Of a stretch of DNA of 64,000 nucleotides, positions 1 through 13,492 are shown piece by piece. Made by a program: the position numbers and the translations under genes. Position 1 is the first letter of the stretch. Each line of letters opens with the position of its first letter. The DNA is from Torpedo marmorata (taxonomy: Eukaryota). The notes beneath the pieces were generated by a model, which worked only from the letters and a program-made list of their open reading frames with translations, had not been told where the DNA came from and searched no databases. The stretch covers positions 37,944,001 through 38,008,000 of the forward strand of contig OZ360236.1 in the NCBI GenBank assembly GCA_977017645.1, given 5' to 3'.

Positions 1-490
1 CTGGTGCCTATGATGTCGCAGGCCGAGTTAACAACCCTCTGGAGTTTATTCTTGTCCTGAGATTTGGTGCCTTCATACCAGGCAGTGATGCAACCAGCCA
101 CTATGCTATTTATGGTACACCTGTAGAAGTTTTCAAGAGTCTTCGTTGACATACCGAGTCTCCGCAAACACCTCACAAAGTATAGCCGCTGACGAGCCTT
201 CTTCGTGATTGCATCAGCATGGAGGCTCCAGGACAGATCCTCGGAGATGTTGACACCCAGGAATTTGAAGTTCTTGACCCTCTCCACTACTGAGCCCTCG
301 ATGAGCACTGGGTCGTGTTCCCCTGACTCCCTCCTGAAGTCCACAATCATCTTCTTGGTTTTGCTAACGTTGAGCGCAAGGTTGTTGTTGTGACACCACT
401 CAAAGAGCTGCTCTACCTCCCTCCTGTATGCTTCCTCATTGTCGTTTGTGATTCTGCCGACAACTGCAAACTTGTAGATGGCATTGGAAT
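1..490 (-). mobile_element. LINE reverse transcriptase C-terminal fragment (Rex1/Babar- or L2-like), degenerate
   Basis: The minus strand reads like KFLGVNISEDLSWSLHADAITKKARQRLYFVRCLRRLG...KLQRVVNSACDIIGT, the same domain as 47294-47758. It is followed by a 20-bp tandem duplication at 491-530. Confidence 0.65.
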
Positions 491-2960
491 TGTGCCTGGC
501 CACACAGTCATGTGCCTGGCCACACAGTCATAAGGAAATATTGATAAATTCCTGGGTATCTATTAATGTTACTCTGAATAATGATGTGCAACTTTGGGAC
601 TCGTGCATAGTTGCTAATGTGCCGAAGCTGTAAGCAGCTGATCCTAAGAACTTTTCAACTGCATTCCAAAGCGGACTCCTCTTAGAACAGAATTTTAGTT
701 ACCGGTAATTTAGTTATCTTTTTAAATTTTATTTAAATGTTTACATGTGTTATTTTAGTTTACTTATTTATTTTAAATTATGACAAATATAATTGTTTGA
801 ATAGTTTTTGTATGTTTTCACTGCTATTCATCATGTTTTGACAGCTTTAACAGCTGGTTTAGCCGTGGAACTTGATCAGCCTGTTATCAAACTTGGTGGG
901 GCTTTTTCTTTCCTGTCAACCACACCGAATAAGATGGATTTTGCACACATAGGAAGTCATTGTTTTCCTCAACACATTGTTGATTGTATCTGTTTGGATC
1001 TCAACCAAGGGAGTCTCAGGGTTTTCAAGATTGCAATCATTAAGTATGAAAGTGTCCAGTTTTCGAGAATGGGTTATTTGCAGCACCCTTTTTCCTCAAC
1101 ACATAACCATCTCTCTGCTAATTTTAATGAAGAAAGCTAGTCATTGCCACCACTGTCACACAATTAGCTTGAGTGTTAAAATCAATGTGAACCTGACTGA
1201 TATCAGAGGAAATGAAGATTTAAAAAAAAACTGCCAACGCTTGAAATCTGAAATATAAAAAAGGGAAAATGCTGGTGACATCCAGCAAGTCGTGCAGCAT
1301 CAGTGAAAAGAGAAACGGTCAGGTCCAGAACACTTTCTGAGATGCTCACTGTTTCTCTTTCCAGAGATGCTGCCTTACCTGATGAATATTTCGATAGTTT
1401 TTTGTTTAATACCATGGGAAGTATCACTGAGCACTGAAGTTCTTTTATAAACAGACACTTCCTAGCAAAGTTGGATCTGATGGACCTCCTGAAGACTGGT
1501 GAGGGAGGGGCTGGCTCATCACCAGCAGTGAAGACCATTTGGGGCAGGCCAGATTGAGTCAGAGCCACATTGAGCCAGATTGAGTTTGCCTCCTTTTGCT
1601 TTTCTCTTGCACTTCTTATGAACCTTGAACCCTGTTACTGCAGTCATCCAATAAGGAGTAGTAGTTCATGATCAGTGGCCAGATCTCAGCAATGGATTCT
1701 GAGACCTTGCCCTGATCGGTTGTTTGGCATTGAAATCTGAAGCCTTTGAGCCATTCCTAAGTGTCTTTGATGACCAGATATTTAAAAAAATGATTAATTT
1801 AAATATGTTATTTATATTTTAAATATGTAATGCTTACATACAATGCATTTAAATGGTGGAAAATAATTACCGGTAAATCCATTAAGAGCAAACAATTTAA
1901 AAAAAATTAACCTGCAATTTTTCAAACAAGGTCAATGATCCTATTCTAATGATTGTGGTTGTGCAACAAAGGTCAATCAACACACAGGTACAGAGGCTAG
2001 ATGCGAACTAGAGACACTTTCACACAGAGTTTCAGCCCCCCATGCCTAGTATCAATGCTGAGCCATTGGTAGATTGGGATGTCTGATTTACCAGCATCTA
2101 ACCTCCTCCTTGTTCCTGACTGCTATGTGAAATTGAACAGGCAAATGTGGAATTCAGCAATGAGCACTGCAGTTCGCTAGTATTTTCTGCAGTAGAACCA
2201 ACCAAAAATCAGTACATTCCATCCCCCTGAAGCAAGGAAATGGAGACAAGTTGCAGGTCAGACGTTAGCTCATTGGGCTATACTGTGCCAAGGGGTTGAA
2301 GGAGCACCAGATGCACTCACTCCACTTGATAGCGGTATGGCTGGCATCAGTAGCACAACTTAAACAAAGGAGGCACCATCAGTACAAAGTTATTCAGGTT
2401 ATTAGTTTGTTTATTTTATTTACTTTACTTTATCTTAATGTTTTTTTATTTAATTGCATACACATAGGACGGTTTTTACCTTTTACGTGTTTTATTTATT
2501 TATTTATTTTGATAATTGTAAAATATTGAATCCGTTTTTAAGTATCTCTGATTAGTCTCTGAATCCAGATCAGATTACTATAGTGAGTTCAAGAGACAGA
2601 CCTGCCTGATTCAGTATGGTCAGCCCATAATTTCAGGTCCATAACATTTTATTAGAAAATAATATTATCAGAAAACTTGGCTTAAGCATTCTACATAGAA
2701 GCATTAACATGGTTTTTTTTTTGTTTTGTTTTTTTAAAAATATTTTATTTAAAATTTTTAAATCACAGAATACATAATATAAAATGCAAAATTATGAAAA
2801 TACATGTGATACATTTTCACCCCCCCTCCCTCCCCCCTCTAACCCTCCCATCCTTACTAATCTACTAAAATAGAAAAGAAAGAAAAAAAGAAAGAAAATA
2901 GAGTAAGGAGAATGTCAATCTAAAAAAGAACAACTATAAACTGATTTTATCCAGAGATCT

Positions 2961-5900
2961 TCAAATCCTTAAACCAACAGTTTTTATATATGGCCTCCAT
3001 ATTTTCAAAAAGAAATAATATTTATTACGTAAATTATAAGTAATTTTTTCAAGTGGTATAGCTGAATGAAGTTCTGCATGCCATCTTTCTAACCCTAAAT
3101 CTACATCAGACTTCCATGTAATAGCAATGCATTTCTTAGAAACAGCTAAAGCAATTCGCAAAAATTCTATTTGATACATATTTAATTTCATCTTAATGCT
3201 AATTCTTTTAATATCTCCAAACAAAAATATAATAGGATCCATTGGGAGTGTAATTCTTAATACTTTGTCTAAAAACTTTTAAACTTTCAACCAAAAATCA
3301 TATATCTTTGAACAAAGCCATGTAGAATGTACAAAAGAACCTTCCTCTCTATTACATCTAAAACATAAACCAGATAATGTCGGATTAAATTTCTTTAATT
3401 TTTTAGGTGTTAAATATAATTGATGAAAAAAATTATATTGCACTAGTCTATATCTAATAATCTTCGTCATACTTTGTTTACATAATTCTTTCCAATGTTC
3501 TTCGTCTATTGTTACATTCAGATCTGATTCCCATTTTAATCTTGATTTGTGAATTCTTAATTTAGGCATTTTTCTCTGTAACAATCAATACATTTGAGAA
3601 ATAAATTTATTTACACCTCCATTAGTAACTAATAATTCCAGTTCACTTTGTCTTGGTAAAGTCAAACTATAACCCAACCTTTCAACTAAAAATGCTCTGA
3701 TTTGATAATACGCAAAAAGTGTATTATTTAATACATTAAACTTTTCTTTCATTCTTTGAAAAGTAATAAATTTACCAGCTTCAAAACAATCATTTATTTT
3801 CTTAATTCCCTTTTGGAACTAAATTTTAAATAATTGATTATCAACAGTAAATGGAATAAGTTTATTTTGACATAAAGGCATTTTTCGAGAAATTAACCCT
3901 TTCCCTCCTATCCACTCTATTCCATATTTCTAACAAATGTTTAAAAATAGGAGAATTCTTCCCTCTTGTTAATAATAATTTAGGATTCCATTTATAAATA
4001 ACTTCTTCTTTCAAATCTTCTCCTATATTATTTAATTATATTCTAATCCAAGCAGAAGATTTTCCTAAATCAAACATTTCATTAATAAATTTTAATTGAG
4101 CTGCTTTATAATAATTTTGAACATTGGGAAGATGTAAACCACCCATTTCATAATTCCAAGTTAATTTCTCCACACCTACTCTAGCCAACTTTCCTTTCCA
4201 CAAAAAATTCCTAATAATTAAATTTAAATCTTTAAAGAATTTCTGAGGAATTTCATAAGGAATTGATTGAAAAAGATATTGAATTCTTGGAAAAACATTC
4301 ATTTTAATACAGTTTACCCTTCCTATTAAAGTTATAGGTAAATTTTTCCAACTTTCTAAATCTTTTTTAATATTCATAAATAATGGTAAATAATTTAATT
4401 TATATAAATTGGCTAATTTTGTATCAATCTTTATTCCCAAATATTTAATTCCTTCCTTTGACCATTTAAATTGTATAATTTCTTTACATTTACTATAATC
4501 CCCTTGTGTCAATGCCATAATTTCACTTTTATCAGAATTAATCTTATAACCAGATATTTCCCCATATTCTTTCAATAAAACATTCAATTGTATTAAAGAA
4601 GTAATAGGTTTTGTCATATAAATCAATACGTCATCTGCAAATAAACTAATTTTATGCTCTTAATTTCCAACTTTAATACCTGCAATCTTAATATCTTGTC
4701 TAATTAATTCTGCCAAAGGTTCTATTGCTAAAATAAACAATGCTGGCGACAAAGGACATCCTTGTCTGGTTGACCTAATCAAAGAGAATTTTGAAGAAAT
4801 TTGTCCATTTGTCACCACTCTAGCAGAAGGTTCTTTATATATAGTTTTAATCCAATTAATAAATGTAGTTCCAAAACCAAATTTCCCCAATACTTTAAAT
4901 AAATAATTCCACTCTAATCTGTCAAAAGCCTTTTCGGCATCTAATGTTAATACTAATGCTAATTCCTCTTTTTTTTGTGCTACATTTATTAAACTAATTA
5001 ATCTAGCTAAATTATCTTTTGAATATCTATTCTTAATAAAGCCAGCTTGATCTACATGGATTAAGTCTGGTAAATATTTAGCCACTGTATTTGCTAAAAT
5101 TTTTGCCATTATCTTATAATCCACATTTAACAATTAAATTGGTCTATATGATTCTGTTTTCAACACATCTCTATCTTTTTTAGGTATAACTGTAATTATT
5201 GCATTTGAAAATGTTTCCGGTAGCGAATGAGTTTCCGTTATTTGTTTCAACACCTCCATATATGGAGGTATCAATAAATCCTTAAACTCCTTATAAAATT
5301 CTGATGGGAAACCATCCTCCCCTGGAGATTTTCCACTCGTTAAAGAACTAAGAACATCATTGACTTCCCTCATCGAGAACGACAAATCTAAAAATTCTTT
5401 ACTTTGAGTATTTAATCTAGGTATCTTAATTTTAGATAGAAATTCATTAATTTTAGAATCATCTTTATCAGTTTGAGATTTATATAAATTTAAATAAAAT
5501 TCCTTAAAGGAATCACTTATTTCTCGAGGTTTATATGTTATTTTCTTTGAATTCTTTTTTATAGTATTTAATAGTTCTAGAAATTTGTTCTTTCTTTAAT
5601 TGCCACACCAACACTTTATGCGCTCTTTCTCCCAATTCATAATATCTTTGCTTAGTTCTTTCAATTAATTTTTCCATTTTATATGTTTGTAACGTATTAT
5701 AATGCAATTTTTTCCCAACTAAATTTTTCCTCTTTTCTTCTGATCTCTTTTTTTGCAAATCCTTCTCCAAAAATTCAACTCCCTCTCCAAATTATCCACT
5801 TCCCGAACATATTCCTTCTTAACTTTTGCTGAATAACTTATTATTTGGCCTCTTAAATAAGCCTTTAAAGCTTCCCAAATAATAAATTTATTATCAATTG

Positions 5901-6740
5901 AATTAGAATTAATCTGTAAAAATTCTTGAATTTCTCTTCGTATATAATTACAAAAATCCATTATTTTTAATAAAGAGGAGTTAAATCTCCACCTATATAT
6001 AGTTTTTTTATTTTTCTGGAATTATACATGACATTAATAGAGGCGAGTGATCAGAAATTATTCTTGCTTTGTATAGTGCTTGAGTCACCCTATCTTCTAC
6101 TTGTGAGGACAATAAAAACATATCTATTCTAGAGTATGAGTCATGCCTAAAAGAATAGAAAGAATAATCTTTTTCTCTTGGATTCAACTTTCTCCAAATA
6201 TCTATTAAATTTAAATCTTTCATCAAAATAAGAATTCTTTTAGCAATTTTAGTTCTAATAATTGATTTCGATGTTTTAACACCTCCATATTGGATCTAAA
6301 CAACAATTAAAGTCCCCACCAATTAAAATATTATCATTAGCTTCTGACAAATGCATAAAAGAATCTTGAATGAATTGTTCATCTTCCATATTTGGTACAT
6401 ATATATTCATAAGTGTCCACATTTCTGAATATATCTGACAATGTATTAAAACATATCTACCTGCCACATCTATAACCACAGATTGTATTTTAAAAGGTAA
6501 CTTTTTATTAACTAATATAGCAACTCCTTTTGCTTTAGAATTAAATGAAGATGCAACCACTTGACCAACCCATTCTCTTTTCAACTTCTGATGTTCTAAA
6601 TCTGTCAAATGTGTCTCTTGTAAAAAAGCTATGTCTACATTTAACTTTTTAATATATGCTAAAGTTTTCTTCCTTTTAATTGGATTATTTAGCCCATTTA
6701 TATTAATACTTACTACATTTATTGATTTACTATCTGCCAT
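2961..6740 (-). pseudogene. L1 ORF2p (APE endonuclease, RT, C-terminal Cys motif), frameshifted
   Basis: SININGLN, FLQETH, GGDFN and SDH endonuclease motifs; RQGCPLSP and FADD RT motifs; CFRC...H...C. Split over about 8 ORF pieces. Confidence 0.92.
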
Positions 6741-7019
6741 TTCTAAATCTTAATAACTCTCTCTCCATCAGATCCACCAGCACCCTCTTCCACATTTGTA
6801 ATCTATTTGACATCTCCTTAAAAAGAAAAAGAAAAAGAAAAAGAAAAAAGATAAAAAAGAAACAAAAAACTAAAAACCCCACTATATTCAATACTGGCAA
6901 AATTACCCCAGTATTACCACCCTCCATTGCTCGGGAAGTGGCCCTCGCCACTAAGGTGATGTGTGACTAGGTAGGAGAGAACAAAAAGTCCACCCCCCCA
7001 ACAGATTTTACACAACATT

Positions 7020-8456
7020 TATTATCATCTAACTTCTTCGAGCTCTTTATTAGTTTGGTCGTCATCGATCTCGATCTCAACCTCATCCTCTTTTTCTAAA
7101 GGACTTGGCAAAGGAATTGAGACGGTGAAATATCTTGAACTTGATGTTGTTCCATCAAATCTTGATCTTTCTCCAAATTCGGAAGGGAATTTGCATGTTG
7201 CAAAGCTTGTTGATAATCAGCAAAAAAACATGATTGATTCCCTGTAGATTGAACCTTCAAAACCGCAGGGTATCTAAATGAAAATTTATATCCCTTACTC
7301 CAAAGAATCGCTTTTGCTGGATTAAATTCCTGTTGTTTTTTAACTATTACTGAACTTAAATCAGGGAAAAGAAAACCTTATTATTCTGAATTATCAATGG
7401 ACTTTTTTGCTGCCTAGCATTTTGAACAGCTAGTTTCAATATTCTCTCTTTATCCTGGTATCGAAGACATTTAACTAAAACTGAGCGTGGCCTTTGTCCA
7501 GGATACGGTTTCCCTCTACCAACTCTATGTGCTCTCTCTAACTCCAGTCCATACTTAAAATTATCAATACCCAAAACATCTGGAATCCATTCTTGAAAGA
7601 ATTCAGTCGTATCATACCCTTCAAAATTTTCAGGTAGTCCCACAATTTTAATATTATTCCTCCGACTCTGGTTTTCCAATACATCCAATTTTTGTTAAAG
7701 TTCATTTCTTTGCTGCTCCCAACCTGTAAATGAATCTTCCACTTTATCAACTCTATCTTTATAGTCCACCATTTCTTCATAATGCTCTTTAACATCCTTT
7801 TCAATTTCTTGAACTTTCGCTTTTACTATATTCACAGTATTTGTCTTTTTTCTCATATCTTGCTTGATAGTTTTTATTTCTTCTTCAATTCCATTAAGTC
7901 TATGTTCCATACGGTGATCCATCTTTGACACCTGCTTTGTTAAATTGTCAATAGCCTTAACTATTTGTTGTTGAGCCACAGATACTTCAGTCTCTTCTCC
8001 ACTTGATTCTTCAACCTCTCCCTCCAATTCTTCTATTTCTTCCTCCATTTCTTCTTTCTTTTCTCTCTTTTTATCTTCTGAATCAGTTGAAGATAAAGTT
8101 TCAAGTCCCACATCATACTGTAATGATAGTGGGACCTCTCTTTTGCCGTCAGCCTTAGCTGACAACTCCCGTTGTCTATCGCGCATGCGCACCATTTCGC
8201 GCATGCGCGGTTGCTCATTTTCGATTTGTAGTCTTGTAGTCTTCTTTCGAGCACCAGTGCCATCTTCCCCAGCTCCCCGGGACGGCAGCGCCGGCGTTTC
8301 AATTCCTTTAAGCGCCCTCGTCCGTGTCTTCCTAGGAGGGAGAGAAACTTGAGCCCGAGGCTCCATCAAGCAGGTAGGCCGATCTTCCTCTTGAAATAAA
8401 CTTTGCTGAAGCACTACTTTCTTTGCCTTTTATTCCTTCGTTTTTCTTGTAGTCAT
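7020..8456 (-). pseudogene. L1 ORF1p (coiled coil plus Transposase_22-type RRM/CTD), disrupted
   Basis: ORFs 7695-8414 (coiled coil) and 7356-7688 (LENQSRRNNIKIVGLPE...LERAHR...PRSVLVK) carry typical L1 ORF1p motifs. Ends are approximate. Confidence 0.85.
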
Positions 8457-9219
8457 TCTTAACCCTTTACTAAACGCTCTTAACTTTTTTTATAACTAAA
8501 TAAAGTTTTTTTTAAAACAGTTTTTAATTAATTCTGTGGGGAGAGGTGTATTTCCATGTCTCCAACCTACGCCATCAAACCACGCCCCCGCATTAACATG
8601 TTTAAGTCCATGCCATGAATATTAGAGGCAGACTACAACATACTGATCCTACTTTATTGCCTCTTTAGTACTACTGAGTGTGGGATGATTTTCTGGACAT
8701 TTTCTGTAACTTTTAACCTGAACATAAAATCAGTTTAACATAAATTAATTAGACTTGGAAATTTGCGGTGAAACTTCCTTCTCCATTGTATTTCTATTTT
8801 TGGAATTGAATGTAACTTGGAGATATGAACAATTGGTATCTAAATAAATGTTATCCCCAATGCATTTGTTAGTTTTATCATTTTGGGATGACTAAGATTG
8901 GTAGAAACTGGACAGGATATGTACCATACTTACTCCTCTCCGTCTTTTGGGCTGAAGACAATCCTCCTTCTGTTTTCACAACAATTGGAACTGCACACGT
9001 AATGCTGGAGGAACTCAGTGGGTGCGGCAGCATCCATCGAAAACAATAGATCGTTGGCATTTTTGAACAAAACTCTTTCTCGGGATTCCTGATGAAGTTG
9101 TTTAACTTGAAACATCAACTATCAGAATGTTACACATGCTAGGACATGATACTGTATGGCCCCAAAGTGAAAATTACATCAGAGTCACAAGGAAAATTAA
9201 CAATAGGAAGCATGAAGTC

Positions 9220-9452
9220 GGGGCAGCACGGTTAGCGTTATGCTTAGCACAACGCTGTTGCAGCGTCAATGACCTGAGTTTGAAGCCGCCGCTGTCAGAA
9301 GTTTGTACGTTCTTCCTGTGACCACATGGATTTCATCCAAGTGCTTTGGTTTCCTCCCATCCTCCAAAAGTGTACAGGGTTTGTAGGTTAATTGGTGTAT
9401 TTGGGAGGCATGAACTTGTAGGCTGGAAGGGCTTGTAACCGTGCTGAATCTA
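9220..9452 (+). mobile_element. tRNA-derived SINE, V-SINE-like
   Basis: tRNA-like head followed by a ggtttcctcccat V-domain-like core; similar copies at 13097, 34210, 44930 and 45795. Confidence 0.65.
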
Positions 9453-9501
9453 AAAAAAAAATGTTTAAATAAGTCAAACCTTCTGGGTGGTGTGAAATAA
9501 T

Positions 9502-10116
9502 TATTATGAGCTCCTGTTTCATTTAGTGTGAGTATCACTTTAAGGGCTAGTACAGGCTGCAACCTTTCACAGCTGTGGAGAGACTGGGTGGCATCAGCTA
9601 GTACAGACTGTACCAAATTCACTACTTTGGAGAGGAAAAAGTACATTGGGTGCTTTTTCCAGAGACACAGGTGGTGAGAGAGACCTGTGTGGGGAACACT
9701 GAAGGAACAGCACTTTATGACCAGCAGCCATCTCATCGAACACTGAGCAGGAATGACTGTGTGATAATGGACAATTCGGCTGATTCACCCTGTCCGAGGA
9801 ATTATTGAACCCCACCGTGACCAATGGAAAGGTCATTTCGATTGACCCGTACCTGGGTTTTGTAAGCATCGTGGAAGTCACGCGTTTCGTTTCCCCTACG
9901 CAAGGAAAAGGGGAGTTGTGACAACCATTCGTACGAAAGGATATTTTTCTGGAAGAAACTCGACGAGGATTTGTGAGTTTTTGGCAGTCCGGTCACTCAG
10001 TCTCTCCCATCTCCTTCGTGATTACTTCTAAAAGTCTGCGTTTCAACAATGGATTTCTAAGACTGAACTTTGGAATGACTTTCCAGAATTGTGCCTAAGC
10101 TGTAATTGTTTGGGTG

Positions 10117-10174
<58 letters not shown>

Positions 10175-10351
10175 ATAGTTGGTTTTGATTTGACTAATGT
10201 GTTATATTATTAGTTGTTACTAATAAATAAATAATAAATAAATAAACAGACAGACAGACAGACAGACAGATAGATAAGATAGATAAATAAATTTTAAAAA
10301 ATATAACCCTGCCTTGGTGAATTTCCATTGCTGCTGGTCTGTGACATAACA
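9502..10351. mobile_element. Probable solo LTR (~850 bp) containing a (CA)n microsatellite
   Basis: Termini tattatg...cataaca are one mismatch from TGTTATG/CATAACA. 4-bp direct repeat taat at 9498-9501 and 10352-10355. No coding capacity. Confidence 0.55.
10118..10166 (+). repeat. (CA)n microsatellite
   Basis: Directly visible; short (gaca)n/(gata)n runs follow at about 10247-10285. Confidence 0.95.
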
Positions 10352-10496
10352 TAATCCAGAAATGGTTGTTGTAAAATTGATTTTCAATGTTGGTGTTAAT
10401 TAATATACCTTTTAAACCATTTCTGTTAGCTTTTTGTTTAAGGCATTTGTCTGTCGTCATTTTAGTAACATTGACAGCAGTAATGATAATTGTTAG

Positions 10497-10661
<165 letters not shown>

Positions 10662-12447
10662 TAATTTTGATACCAAACAATTGCCTAGAAATTGGAATTC
10701 GCTCCCTTTTGGTGCACTAAACATGCCTAATTTACACTTCTATTTATTGAAAAAAAAAATCCAAATCTTTACAAAATCATGAAATGTTGTGTCTGATGTC
10801 CTACACACAAATTCAGGCTCTAAAAGGGAATTGCAGTAATTCCCTTCAGGACCTCTGTGGAGGGTTTATGACTGTCATTATCAATATTGCACCATGAAGT
10901 GAGTCGGTGATTAAAGAAATATTCCAATGGCAGCCGTAGCACAGTGACAGGTTGGCTGTCAATATTTATGAAACTGACCACTAGCCAAAGTCAAATGCCT
11001 CGGGTAAATTGTGCTCAGAAGTGTTTTGGTAAATTTCTTTATGTTTGCTATTCAAGCGAAAACTATTGCTAACATAATCTAGCGTGCATCTGTGCAAACA
11101 TCCAAATATACTTAATTTGATCTAGTGTTGCTTGAGTGCTAATTTCATTTCTATTGTCATTCCTCTACCAACATCAGAGCTACTTCACATGTAATGAGCC
11201 TTGGATACATCACTTTTTTAGAAACACACTGCATCCAATTTCCTAACTTAAAAATAAAACAGTTCTGTTATGTGATGAAACAAAAACATAGGGTTACGTT
11301 TACATATCAGAGCATTCCAAATGTTCTGATTCATACCATTCTAATGCGCAGAATTATGAATGGGAAAGTGGTACACTAAAATGTAACATGTTGCTTGACA
11401 AGACACTGAAAAAGTACTTTTGTTATCATTCTTTCTGAGCCAGTTGCTGCACTGTTTCAGTTGAATCCAGATGAAGGGAATTCTAACAGAATAATAACTT
11501 CTGCTGTAAAGCACGAATATCTGCAGACACCGTGGTTGAAGTAAAAACACAATGCTGCTCAAGCCCGAAGTGTTGGTTATGTATCTTTATCTTTGCTATA
11601 TAAAGGACACTGTTTGACCTGCTGAGTTTCTCCAGCATTGTGTTTTTACTAATAACTTCTGCTGCCATCTAGTGGCACAAAGAATTAACTCTGTAAACCT
11701 TACTCTTGAAGAGCGGTTCAGGCCCGAAACGTCGGTAATATATCTTTACCTCCTATGGACGCTGCGAGACCGGATGAGTTCCTCCAGCATTTCTGTGTGT
11801 TTTAACTCTGTAAACCACATGACTAAAGAGCAAAAAAACAATCTGCTGAAGGAACAGTGGGAGAAAAATAACTGTTGATGTTTCGGGCCAGAACCCTTTA
11901 TCAAGAGTGAGAGTGCAGACAGCAGTTAGCTAGTACAATGAGGTCAGGGTAGGAGGGGTGAGACAGGGGCCAGTAGGGAATTAGTGAACAAGGGAGGGGT
12001 GAAGTATGATGGACAAAGTGCCAGACAAAGGGGGAGAGAGGCAAGAGGACCAAGGAGGTCGGGTCGAGGACGATGAGTCAGATGGCGGGGGAGCGTGATG
12101 AATGGGGGCAAAGGCTGCCAATGATGGAATCTGATAAGAAGAGGTGGCAATAGTGGTATAATGAGAGACCAGGTAAATGACACTCTAATCAGCAATTCCT
12201 TACAAGATTCCAGCTTTCTGCTCCTCACATACATTGAGAGGGTCACTAAAACTGCCTTCTCAAGCTCACTATTCAATTCTCCAAGGAATTCCCCAATTTA
12301 TGAAGGTGCTAATGGCAGTGAGAGCCTGTGGTTTGTTCAGTACCAATGATGTTATTATCTGGTTCTAATTCAAACTGACAAAAGCAGAACAGGTTCCAAG
12401 GTTAAAATTCTACTTGCCAAGCATTCCTTCAAACATGACAGTTTGAA

Positions 12448-12929
12448 TTTTCTGCTACCTCCTTAAATAGTGGGGTGACATTTGCGATTTTCCAATCCTC
12501 CGGGACCATGCCAGAATCTATTGATTCCTGAAAGATCATTACCAATGTCTCCACAATCTCTAGAGCTACTGCTTTTAGAACCTGAAGGTGCAATCCATCT
12601 GGTCTGGGAGACTTATCTACCCTTAGATCATTCAGCTTTCTGAGTACCTTCTCCCTTGAAATAGTTGCTGCACTCACTTCCCTTCCCTGATATCGTTGGA
12701 CAGCCGGCACACTGCTAATGTCTTCCACAGTGCAGACTGATGCAAAATACTCATTTAGCTCCTCTGCCACCTCCTTGTTTTCCATTATTATTTCTCCAGC
12801 ATCATTTTTATAGTGGTCCTATGTCTACTCTCACCTTTCTTTTACTCCTTGTATACTTGAAGAAGCTTTTTGTATCCTCTTTCATATTATTTGCTCGCCT
12901 GTGGAGGCAGAAGATGACGACCTTTCAGG
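12448..12929 (-). repeat. Inverted duplicate of 15772-16252 (CR1 5' junction plus flank)
   Basis: Reverse complement of 15772-16252, with about 2 differences seen by eye. Confidence 0.92.
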
Positions 12930-13096
12930 GTAACTCATTCCAAGCAGAGGTGCACATGCCAACACGTTTTAGGGATCTGAGGGATTGGATGCACTTTGTA
13001 TTCAACAGCCATAAGCTGGTGTGTCTCATGCCGTCTCATTCATATTCATGAAGTTATCCATCTTCATCAAAAAAGGCATTTATTTATGTCCAACAC

Positions 13097-13300
13097 TATT
13101 ACAGCGTCAGCGACCAGGGATCGAATCCGGCGCTGTCTGTAAGTAGTTTATACGTTCTCCCTGTGTCTGTGTGGGTTTCCTTCAGGCCCTCCGGTTTCCT
13201 CACCCGCTTCAAAACGTACGGGGGTTGCAGGTTAATTGGGGTATTTGGGCAGCACGGGCTCGTGGGCTGGAAGGGCCTGTTAAATGCGTAACATTTAAAA
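13097..13300 (+). mobile_element. tRNA-derived SINE, V-SINE-like
   Basis: gggatcgaatccgg B-box-like motif and ctccggtttcctc core. Confidence 0.65.
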
Positions 13301-13492
13301 TTTAATAAGCTGAATAACTCCTCCCACACACACTAATCGGTTCACCTAGTTTGCTTGTTTTTTTCACTTTTCCCTTCTGCCTTTATCCTTCACTACCTGG
13401 TTCCATCTGCCCATCATCCCCTTCCCACCTGGTTCCACTTATCACCTATCAGCCTCTGTCCTACCCCCTCCCTCGTACTGCTGTGTACTGTA

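Larger units (their letters stand above)
2712..8589 (-). mobile_element. Full-length L1-clade LINE (~5.9 kb), inactivated
   Basis: TSD gcattaacatg at 2701-2711 and 8590-8600. A-rich tail (poly-T on + from 2712), 5' end GGGGGCGTGG, ORF1 followed by ORF2, both with frameshifts. Confidence 0.93.

Noticed and set aside
699-1876. ttaccggtaa at both ends as transposon TIRs
   Set aside because: The match is essentially a short self-palindrome and does not extend; no transposase trace.
2296-2529. Hydrophobic ORF as PTGIS exon 1 (membrane anchor)
   Set aside because: T-rich low-complexity sequence with no convincing phase-2 donor after a basic stretch.
9220-9300. tRNA genes at SINE heads
   Set aside because: No full cloverleaf; each is attached to a SINE body.
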